Positions 22,101 through 31,654 of a stretch of DNA of 48,026 nucleotides are shown here, piece after piece. The notes under the pieces were generated by a model. The model did no database searches, was not told where the DNA came from, and saw only the letters and a list, made by a program, of their open reading frames with translations. This DNA is from Mobula hypostoma (taxonomy: Eukaryota). The number at the start of each line of letters is the position of its first letter. Position 1 is the first letter of the stretch. The DNA is taken from NCBI RefSeq assembly GCF_963921235.1, contig NC_086101.1, positions 8,060,001-8,108,026 of the forward strand, read 5' to 3'. Both the position numbers and the translations under genes were made by a program.

Positions 22101-25100
22101 ATCTGATTGAAACGTATAAAATTCTAAAGGGATTGGACAGGCTAGATGCAGGAAGATTGTTCCCGATGTTGGGGAAGTCCAAAACGAGGGGTTACAGTTT
22201 GAGGATAAAGTGGAAGCCTTTTAGGACAGAGATGAGGAAAAACTTCTTCACACAGAGAGTGGTGAATCTGTGGAATTCTCTGCCACAGGAAACAGTTGAG
22301 GCCAGTTCATTGGCTATATTTAAGAGGGAGTTAGATATGGCCCTTGTGGCTAAAGGGATCAGAGGGTATGGAGAGAAGGCAGGTACGAGGTTCTGAGTTG
22401 GATGATCAGCTGAATTCATTCATACTGAATGGCGGTGCAGGCTCGAAGGGCCGAATGGCCTACTCCTGCACCTATTTTCTATGTTTCTATGTTTCTATTC
22501 CGATATACAGGTCTGTAAAGTGACGAGCACGATCGTTATTGTACATATAGCGGAGTATTCCGGGATATTGCAGCTGAAAATCTGCTGGAACTTAGTTACT
22601 TGCCACAGCTAAGAACAGTTACCAGTTTACAGAATTGGATGTGAAGTTGTGTTCCTGATTCATATGTTGAAAAAGAGACACAAACGTGCACCTATGGGTG
22701 GCCTTTTCGCGTCTCTGAGAAGGTGCCCGCTCACTGGGGCACTGCTGAATTGCAGTCACAGCGGAACCATCGGAAGCCTGAGAGGCAGCTTGTGATCGCA
22801 TAGCTGCTTGTCATCCTGGTTAAGTGATAGTCATGTAGTGATGGGATCCACATTGGCCAGGGGCACAGGAGAGAAATACTCATCTCCTTTCCGAAAAGAG
22901 TTGTCGTGGAACCTTTGGGCGACGCTAGGCCTCGGTAAAATGTTGCCATGTCTGGTAGTGCGTCGATCTCTTGGGAATTTTGGGCATACATACTCATTTA
23001 AGCACAAACGTCATTCGGCCCACATATATGATTTTGATGGAAGAGCAGGTGGTCATGACTAGTGGGTAGACGGCAAAAGAAAGTTGTGGATAGTGAAAAC
23101 ATTGTCAATGTATTCAGCACTGTGTAGAACAGCTGCAAATGCAAGCAAAAGAGGCAGATGGAGTTCAATCCGGATGTATGAGTTTGCAATTCGTTGGGGA
23201 GGGGGAAAATATAAGAGGAGAGTAGACAGTAAAATGGCAGGGCAGATCGGAGCATTGATGCACAGATCAATCTCGCAGAAAATACAAAGTCCTGAAATCA
23301 TTAGCGTCATTTTCTATCCCGCTGTTATGAGAATCCAAAAGGGACATCTAGTATAATAAGGTGGAATGCTGACATCACAGTCTATGACTTTGCACCTTAC
23401 TGTTTGCCGTTTCTGTGTATATGTAACAATTCTTTCTGCGAACTGTCATTGTTTTACAATACTGTATGTCAATGCATCGCTGTAATGGTGAGACCACCCT
23501 GCAAGACACGCTTCTTTGTCATTTCAGCTTGATACATTTGCAAGGATAAAGTGATTTAACAATTTCCATGCTTATAGAGAGAGGACAGGGTTGTGTCACT
23601 GTTTTTTGTATCGAACTGCCCTGGTTACAGAAGGACGAATGGCCTCCACTGTGCTTTCTCTACTATGGTGTTATACTGAAGCTGGTGCGGGCCGAAGGTC
23701 ACTGAACATGCACACTCCATTTCTTGCATTAAATCACCTACCTCCAGGAAGTTGACTATCTCCCTCTGGTTCACTTTCGAATGCAGCCTTGTTAGCTTTT
23801 GACGAGCAGACTCCAGGGTCTCCTGGAACTTGTCGGAGTTCTTCTCCATCGTCTCGGAAGTGTTTTCCTCGTGTTTCTTCAGTTCCCGAATTAAACCCTT
23901 CTCCTTTCTATGGAGGAACTGGTGCATTTTTGCGAACTCGGGAGAGATGATACACCTCAGACTGGTAGCCTCCCCCTAGCAGAAGCCAAAGCAGAAAGTA
24001 CAATGTCTGGGACCAAGCCAACATAAAGGGATCGGGAATGGGGGAGGGAATGTGGTAAGGGGTGTGCCGTAGAACGTACCCTGATTTCGGTAAAACGCTC
24101 CTTCCTCTTCAGCTTGGTTTCCAGGACCGTCATCTTCTGCCTCAACAAATCCAAAGTAGACTTCAGTTTATCCTGGGAAAAAAATAAAATGTTTCTCAGA
24201 AACATTACAGGCAAAAATATAGGGCAGACCAACTGCTTCGGTCGGGGCTGCTAAACATGGGCTGGACCATCTCTCAACTAGAATCAGGACCAGGTTTTAA
24301 ATCGTTATCATACAGTATGTTGTGAAATGTGTTGCTTTGCATCAGCAGTACTGTCCAATATATTGGCGGGGGCGGGGGGGGGGCAGGGAATTACAATACT
24401 ATATACGTTCATTTCCCGCTAATGTCTATAAAGGGTTGGTACGTTCTGTCTCTGAGTGCGTGGATCCGAAGTAGTAGTTGATAAATTAATTGGTCACTGT
24501 ACATTGTCCCATGATTAGCTTAGGATTAAATCGGGGCCAGCTGGACAGTACGGCCGGAACGTCCTGTTCTGCTCTGTATCTCAATCAATCAATGGATGGA
24601 TGGAAGGATTAAAGAATGGATAAACAAATAAATAAAAAATTAAATAGAGAGAGATAGATAGTTAGAGAGTGCTAAAAGGGAATTAAAATGTGAGATAGTG
24701 GGTTTACTGTCCGTCGAGAAATCTGATGGCTGAGGGGAAGAAGCTTCCTAAAATATTGAGTCTGTGTCTTCAGGCTTTTGACACGCCATTGCCAAGAAAT
24801 GAGCTATTGTGTCCGTCTCCTCTATATAAAGGGTCAATTTATAAACTTGTTTCAGAGGACCATAGAATCAACCCCCATTTCACCCACTGCCCTCCTCATT
24901 GGGAAAAAAAAATCAATTTACCATAGAGCATTATAGAAGATGTCCAGCCACTTGACCTGTAGTAGATGTTAATCTTACATGTGTTTGGTTTGACGACCAG
25001 GCTGTGCATTATACAAGACAGGAGCGCTCGTCTGAAGAACATGTTCATGATCACGGTGTTCGGGTTATGCATGATCATGACGAGTTTTAATTTTATACAT

Positions 25101-28100
25101 ATATGCCCAATCTTGCAACATACATCAACGCAATTTGGATTTAAGATGGGTCTGTAATTTTAACTGCCCACAAGTGAACATTTTCCCTCAGATCATGTGC
25201 TATGAGGGTACATGAGTGTATAATTTGTGTTAGGAAGGGGATGCACGGTCACCTATCAAGCTAGTGGCGGCATGGCCACCGGGAATCAATTCCCGCCGTT
25301 GCCTGCAAGGCAACATTTTCCTCGTGACTGCGTGTGTTTCCTCCGGGTGCTCCAGTTTCCTCCCACGGCCCAAAAGCACATACAGGTTGGTAAGTTGTCC
25401 CGTGATTGGTTTCCGGTTAAAGCAGGGTTTACCGGGCAGCGGGACCCGAATGGTTTATCTCGATAAATTTATTCATAAATTAATAAAACAGTGTCCTACT
25501 TTGTAATGTATTGCAATTTTAACCATATAAATAGGCATGGAAGTGGAAGGTCTTGGGCTCCAAACGTTCCTTGCACTCGGACGAATTTCTACACGATAAT
25601 ATTATTATAATGTATTTGTACATATTAACTGGAGACTGAGTGAAGGGGTCGCCAATACGACAGTGCTCAGAAGAGAATAGTCTGTAACTCCTTTCCATTT
25701 TAACTGTCCATGTTAACTTGTGAAGGTAATGCATGGGATTCCAACACTGCATTGCCCAGAGGTAAATGTATACCACATAATAAATGTAGGATTGAAAATT
25801 TGCAATTGTGGAGAGGGGATGCATGACTCCTTAATGCGTCAGTGTTCAGAGATGAACGTCCACCTCATCATACATTCACAATCTTAACTCTACAATTTGA
25901 TTACGCATCACACCTGTACTAGTATTGCAGAGAGACCAGATAGGCTTTGCGAGAATGATTCTGGGAATGAGAGAGCTGACGTTTGCGGAGCGTTTGATGG
26001 CTGTTGTTATATATTCGCTGGAGCTTCGATGATTTCTCATTGAAAACTATCGAATATTGAAAGGAAACAACAGGAATTCTGCAGATGCTGGAAATTCAAG
26101 CAACATACATCAAAGTTGCTGGTGAACGCAGCAGGCCAAGCAGCATCTATAGGAAGAGGCGCAGTCGACGTTTCAGGCCGAGACCCTTCGTCAGGACTAA
26201 CTGAAGGAAGAGTGAGTAAGGGATTTGAAAGCTGGAGGGGGAGGGGGAGATGCAAAATGATAGGAGAAGACAGGAGGGGGAGGGATGGAGCCGAGAGCTG
26301 GACAAAAGGGGATACGAGAGGATCAGTGGGGAGGGATGGGGGGGACGAATGGACAAGGGAGTTGTGTAGGGAGCGATCCCTCTCTCTGCATTCCGCAGGG
26401 ATCGCTCCCTACACAACTCCCTTGTCCATTCGTCCCCCCCATCCCTCCCCACTGATCTCCCTCCTGGCACTTATCCGTGTAAGCGGAACAAGTGCTCCAC
26501 ATGCCCTTACACTTCCTCCCTTACCACCATTCAGGGCCCCAAACAGTCCTTCCAGGTGAGGCATCACTTCACCTGTGAGTCGACTGGGGTGATATACTGC
26601 GTCCGGTGCTCCCGATGTGGCCTTTTATATATTGGTGAGACCCGACGCAGACTGGGAGACCGCTTTGCTGAACATCTACGCTCTGTCCGCCAGAGAAAGC
26701 AGGATCTCCCAGTGGCCACACATTTTAATTCCACATCCCATTCCCATTCTGACATGTCTATCCACGGCCTCCTCTACTGTAAAGATGAAGCCACACTCAG
26801 GTTGGAGGAACAACACCTTATATTCCGTATGGGTAGCCTCCAACCTGATGGCATGAACATTGACTTCTCTAACTTCCGCTAGGCCCCACCTCCCCCTCGT
26901 ACCCCATCTGTTACTCTTTTTTACGCACACATTCTTTCTCTCACTCTCCTTTTTCTCCCTCTGTCCCTCTGAATATACCTCTTGCCCATCCTCTGGGTCA
27001 CCCCCCCCCCGTCTTTCTTCCCGGACCTCCTGTCCCATGATCCTCTCGTATCCCCTTCTGCCTATCACCTGTCCACCTCTCGGCTCCATCCCTCCCCCTC
27101 CTGTCTTCTCCTATCATTTTGCATCTCCCCCTCCCCCTCCAGCTTTCAAATCCCTTACTCACTCTTCCTTCAGTTAGTCCTGACGAAGGGTCTCGGCCTG
27201 AAACGTCGACTGCGCCTCTTCCTATAGATGCTGCTTGGCCTGCTGCGTTCACCAGCAACTTTGATGTATGAATATTGAAAGGACTAAGGGGTTAAAGATC
27301 GCGCCAGAGATTTTGAGGATTTCTTCGAGTCCATCCGCTAAACAGTTTTAATCTTAGAACATAGTACGGGCCCTTCGGCCCACAATGTTGTGCCGACCCT
27401 AAAACCCTGCCTTCCGTATTAGCCCCCACCTTAAATTCCTCCATATACCTGTCTAGTAGTCTCTTAAACTTCACTAGTGTATCTGCCTCCACCACTGACT
27501 CAGGCAGTGCATTCCACGCACGAATCACTCTCTGAGTAAAAAATCTTCCTCTAATATCCCCTTTGAACTTCCCACCCCTTACCTTAAAGCCATGTCCTCT
27601 TGTATTGAGCAGTGGTGCCCTGGGGAAGAGGCGCTGGCTATCCACTCTATCTATTGCTCTTATTATCTTGTACACCTCTATCATATCTCCTCTCATCCTC
27701 CTCTCCAAAAAGTAAAGCCCTAGCTCCCTTAATCGCTGATCACAATGCATACTCTCTAAACCAGGAAGCATTCTGGTAAATCTCCTCTGTACCCTTTCCA
27801 ATGCTTCCACATCCTTCCTGTAGTGAGGCGACCAGAACTGGACACAGTACTCCAAGTGTGGCCTAACCAGAGTTATATAGAGCTTCATCATTACATCGCG
27901 ACTCTTAAACTCTATCCCTCGACTTGTGAAAGCTAACACCCCATAAGCTTTCTTAACTACCCTATCCACCTGTGAGGCAACTTTCAGGGATCTGTGGACA
28001 TGTACCCCTAGATCCCTCTGCTCCTCCAGACTATCAAGTATCCAGCCATTTACTTTGTACTCTGCCTTGGAGTTTGTCCTTCCAAAGTGTATCACCTCAC

Positions 28101-30136
28101 ACTTCTCCAGGTTGAACTCCACCTGCCACTTCTCAGCCCACTTCTGCATCCTATCAATGTCTCCCTGCAATCTTTGACAATCCTCTACACTATCTACAAC
28201 ACCACCAACCTTTGTGTCGTCTGCAAACTTGCCCACCTACCCTTCTACCCCCACATCCAGGTCGTTAATAAAAATCACGAAAAGTAGAGGTCCCAGAACA
28301 GATCCTTGTGGGACACCACTAGTCACAACCCTCCAATCTGAATGTACTCCCTCCACCACCACCTTCTGCTCCCTTGTCTTTGCTTGTCCTTCTCAAGGTG
28401 GATGAGCAGGCTACGCGATCTCCAGGAGCAGCCTGGAAGAAGGACACCTTCGAGGAGCGGCTCTAAGGACGAATCCATTCCTTGCTGATGTTGCCGACTG
28501 AAGCGTCGCGGGTGATTATAAAGCATAGGAGCAGCATTAGGCCATTTGTTCCATTAAATCTGCAATACCATTCAATCCTGGTTGATCCTTTAATCCCCTT
28601 CTCAGCCCGACTCAACGGCCTTCGCCCCGTAAACTCTGATGCCCTGTGCAATCAGGAAACTATCAAGTTTTGCCTTACATACTTTTACTTTACAAGGCAA
28701 AACTTATACTTATACTTTATACTTTACTGTCGGCAAACAATTGGTACCGGAACGTACAATCATCACAGCGATATTTGATTCTGCGCTTCCCACTCCCTGG
28801 ATTACAAATATTAAATATTAAAAATATTAAAAATAGTTCAAATTAATAAATATTAAACATTTAAATTATAAATCATAAATAGAAAATAGAAAAATGGAAA
28901 GTAAGGTAGTGCAAAAAAAGCCGAGAGGCAGGTCCAGGTATTTGGATGTTACGGCCCAGATCCGTATTATATACACCCAACGACCTGCCTTCCACAGCTG
29001 CCTATAGTAACAAAGTTCATATATACCCTACCCTCTGGCTAAAGCAACCACTCCGTATCTTTGTTTTAAATGGACACCCGTCTAAGGCTGTGCCCTCTTA
29101 TACCCCCACCATGGGAAACATCCTTTCCACATCTGGACCTTTCAACATTCGAAAGGTTTCAACGAGATTCCCTCTCATCCGTCTGATTTCCAGCGAGTAC
29201 AGACCGAGAGCAATCAAACGTTCCTCGAATGTCCCTTTCTTTCCCGGATTCATTCTTGTGAACCTCCTCTGAACCAGCGCATCTTTTCTTAGATGAGGAA
29301 CACAAAACTGTTCACAATACTCAAAGTGAGGCCTAACCAGTGCCGTATAGAATCTCAGCATCACATCCTTGCTCTTGTATTCCAGTGTTCCTGAAATGAC
29401 CGCTAACATGGCATTTGCCTTCCTCAACACCGACTCTACCTGTAAGTTAACCTTTAGAGTGTTCTGCACAAGGACTCCCAAGTCCCTTTGCATCTCAGAT
29501 TTTTGGATTTTCTCCCCGTTTAAAAAAATAGTCTGTATATTTATTTCTGTTACCAAAGTACATGGCCATGTATTTGCCAACATTGTATTTCCTTTGCCAC
29601 TTTCTTGCCCATTCTCCTAATCTGGCTAAGTCCTTCTGTAGTTTACCTGTGCTCTCAACACCACCTACCGCCCCCACCCCCCCCCCACCCCCGCCCCCAG
29701 ATCGAAACATCGAGACAGCGGGCGTGGCTGTTGAAGGCCTTTGGACTCGAACGACCTCTCTCTTTCTCGACGGTGAGAGAGAGTCTGCTGATTCTCGAGT
29801 CGACGGAACTCAAGAAAGCGACGCTGCAGATTGTGACATGCCAACAGCGAGCTGCTAGCCTCCCCCCTCGCTGTAACAGATGTTAGTGAGAGAGAACCTG
29901 TCTGAAATGTCGAAGTGGTGGGATGGATGGTAGTTTTTGATGCAGTATAGATCATGGCCCTAGGGGCTTGCTGATGCCCTCATGGTGGGTGGCGGGGCTG
30001 ATGCAAGGTGAGAGGGGAAATGGGAAGGCTTGATGCTTTGCTCCTGCCTGTACGTGCAAGTGAGGGGGGCTTTCGGGTTCTAACTTTCTTCTGTCCTTCA
30101 TTCTTTGTTTTCTCCTTCCCCCTCCCTCCCCCGCCC

Positions 30137-30207
<71 letters not shown>

Positions 30208-31191
30208 AGTTTCTTGGATGTCTGCGAAGAGTAAGGATTTCCTGTTGTTTACTGTATACTGGAACCATTGAACCTTTGACTAAATAGAGTGAACGTGGAG
30301 TGGAGGCATCCTATACTGGAGGAGTCGCGGACTAGAGGGCACAGCCTACGAATACAAGAACGTCTCCTTACAACAGAAATGAGGAGGATTTTTTTTAGTC
30401 AAAGGTGGTGAATCTGTGGACTTCATTGCCATGTACGGCTGTAGAAGCCTTGTCAAAGTATATTTAAAGCGAATGTTGATAGCTTCTCAATTAGTAAGGG
30501 TGTCATAGGATACGGGGAGAAGGCAGGACAATGGCGTGGAGAGGGATATAAATTGATCAGCTTGAATGGCTGAGCAGATTCGATGGGTCGAATGGCCTAT
30601 TTACGCCTTTAGTTTTATGGTCTTATGGTTTAAAGCGTATTGAATCACAGGCTGATATCTGGAATTGAAGCTATACCTTGAGTCTCCCAATAGCTACCGA
30701 ACCTACAAAAAATAGCAGCCCCGCTTTACCTTGTACTTTTCGACCGCCTCTTGGCGCATGAAGTCATGTTGCCTGTGGTTGCCGCCTGTCCTGCCGTCCA
30801 GACACATCGCACAGATCAGCTCCCTGTTCGTCTCGCAGAAGAGTTTCAGTTGCTCATGGTGCTCCTTAGAGTACAGCTTGGGCTCCGCTTTTCTCGGTCG
30901 TCCGAACAGTAGCGGACCCGGCGAGTGCTCCTTCCTGGCCCGAGGAAGGATGAGATTGCGCGTAGTGTCCACCAGATGGCCGAGCGCACGGTTGGCTCGC
31001 AGACCGCTCTCGATGACGGCAAACCCACATTGGGGGCAGGGGTTGCTTTCGTCTCCCTCCCAGTGCAATTGAATGCATGCTTGACAGAAGTTGTGGTCAC
31101 AGTCCAGAATAACGAGCTGGTCGAAAAACTCATTGCAGAAGGGACAGTTCAAATATTCGGCCAAGCTCTCCACCTGCTCCTTGGATGCCAT
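18459..31191 (-). CDS. TRIM gene B (RING-Bbox2-coiled coil-PRY/SPRY), six exons, 524 aa predicted
   Basis: Exons of 462+93+234+32+107+647 = 1575 nt, all GT-AG, phases 0,0,0,2,1, no internal stop. TRIM39/TRIM69/A33-like architecture; orthology not assignable without phylogeny. Confidence 0.85.
20073..20179 (-). CDS. TRIM B 107-bp linker exon
   Basis: cattattAG|T GAA GAC...AGG TCC G|GTaaga encodes [35 protein letters not shown] (LP.G.FKGPLQY.VW motif). Confidence 0.9.
21455..22498 (+). mobile_element. young CR1/HER1 copy (same subfamily as 8395-10495) in TRIM B intron
   Basis: Starts at [13 protein letters not shown]; RT motif mutated to FAYD; stops and frameshift; (CTATGTTT)n tail. Confidence 0.93.
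22623..22654 (-). CDS. candidate TRIM B 32-bp micro-exon ([11 protein letters not shown])
   Basis: tctctttttcaacatatgaatcAG|GAACAC...AACTG|GTaact. Phase 0 to 2 is exactly what is needed to join 23742 to 20179. Confidence 0.6.
23742..23975 (-). CDS. TRIM B 234-bp coiled-coil exon
   Basis: ttctgctAG|GGG GAG GCT...CTG GAG|GTaggt encodes [37 protein letters not shown]...VNFLE. Confidence 0.9.
24080..24172 (-). CDS. TRIM B 93-bp coiled-coil exon
   Basis: ttttttcccAG|GAT AAA CTG...ATC AGG|GTacgt encodes [31 protein letters not shown]. Confidence 0.9.
25260..25480 (+). mobile_element. HE1-like V-SINE (degenerate)
   Basis: V-domain CTCGTGACTGCGTGTGTTTCCTCCGGGTGCTCCAGTTTCCTCCCAC. Confidence 0.65.
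26162..26200 (-). ncRNA. minimal hammerhead ribozyme motif (inverted pLTR copy; sense to TRIM B)
   Basis: Exact reverse complement of 27174-27212. Confidence 0.65.
27174..27212 (+). ncRNA. minimal hammerhead ribozyme motif
   Basis: UUAGUC-CUGACGA-A-GGGU(CUCG)GCCU-GAAA-C-GUC/GACUG; G-U wobble at the base of stem II. Confidence 0.65.
27355..28370 (-). mobile_element. CR1/HER1 LINE 3' 1-kb fragment
   Basis: [10 protein letters not shown]...[13 protein letters not shown]...; long open frame. Confidence 0.92.
28490..29660 (-). mobile_element. degenerate CR1 fragments interrupted by an AT-rich LINE-tail repeat (about 28690-28945)
   Basis: [21 protein letters not shown]...[10 protein letters not shown] on the minus strand. 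Confidence 0.7.
30141..30207. repeat. (CT)n microsatellite
   Basis: Directly visible. Confidence 0.97.
30270..30630 (+). mobile_element. CR1 3' fragment
   Basis: GGAGTCGCGGACTAGAGGGCACAGCC...GAATGGCCTATT...TTATGGTCTTATGG. Confidence 0.75.
30730..31191 (-). CDS. TRIM B first coding exon (RING plus B-box2)
   Basis: agtATGG start; C3HC4 RING CPFC-x11[10 protein letters not shown]12-CPQC; B-box [23 protein letters not shown]-x8-HRQH; AAG|GTaaag donor. An in-frame upstream ATG lies at 31257. Confidence 0.92.
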
Positions 31192-31308
31192 ACTTAACCA
31201 CAGTTTTTGTGGTCTTGCTCTCTCCTCCTCACCTTGGTCTCTGTGCGCAAGATCCATGCCTGATCCTTGAACATCACCCGCAGCAGCGCCTCTCTCTGGC
31301 AGAAGCGT

Positions 31309-31318
31309 AAATGAAACC
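31309..31318 (+). promoter_or_regulatory. IRF-like element (AANNGAAA)
   Basis: AAATGAAACC in the proximal upstream region; short motif, may be chance. Confidence 0.3.
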
Positions 31319-31336
31319 CTATCCCAATTAACTGGA

Positions 31337-31349
31337 AGGTCAGAGGTCA
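31337..31349 (+). promoter_or_regulatory. perfect DR1 nuclear-receptor element upstream of TRIM B
   Basis: AGGTCA-G-AGGTCA, about 150 bp upstream of the ATG, in non-repeat sequence; function untested. Confidence 0.45.
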
Positions 31350-31449
31350 GCAGGGCAGGACACGTATCGGGAATGTCCTTCCCACCACAGTCTCCACCCT
31401 ACACGCTCTCCATTAGCTGGTTAAGAATGCAAAGCTTCCCGAAGGGACT

Positions 31450-31458
31450 GACCAATGG
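31450..31458 (+). promoter_or_regulatory. CCAAT (NF-Y) box candidate
   Basis: GACCAATGG fits RRCCAATSR. Confidence 0.3.
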
Positions 31459-31654
31459 AAACGCTGTTCTTTCTTATACACTTTATATCCGGTGTCAGTG
31501 GGTTTCTGGGTTCATAAATTCTCAGCGTATAAAAGGCAGGATTCTCCAATTTTTCTTTTCATTAGTGGTCACCGCATTGGTTGCAATGTGGCACCAAATC
31601 TTTCCCCGCAATAACAACCCCTAAAATGGACTAGCTGAAGACTCCCCGATTAAC

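Larger units (their letters stand above)
26066..27269 (+). mobile_element. Neptune-type Penelope-like element insertion with inverted pLTR and 14-bp TSD
   Basis: TSD GAATATTGAAAGGA at 26052-26065 and 27270-27283, inside an old CR1. Coding remnant 26391-26882 reads [14 protein letters not shown]...[14 protein letters not shown]...[18 protein letters not shown]...NFR*; the Zn-finger-like linker before GIY-YIG is the Neptune hallmark. Confidence 0.9.

Noticed and set aside
22631-22654. 24-nt version of the TRIM B micro-exon (donor GTAAAC)
   Set aside because: Phase 0 would break the frame with the phase-2 exon at 20179; the 32-nt version fits.
31436-31443. TTCCCGAA as a STAT GAS site
   Set aside because: The spacer is N2, not the canonical TTC-N3-GAA.
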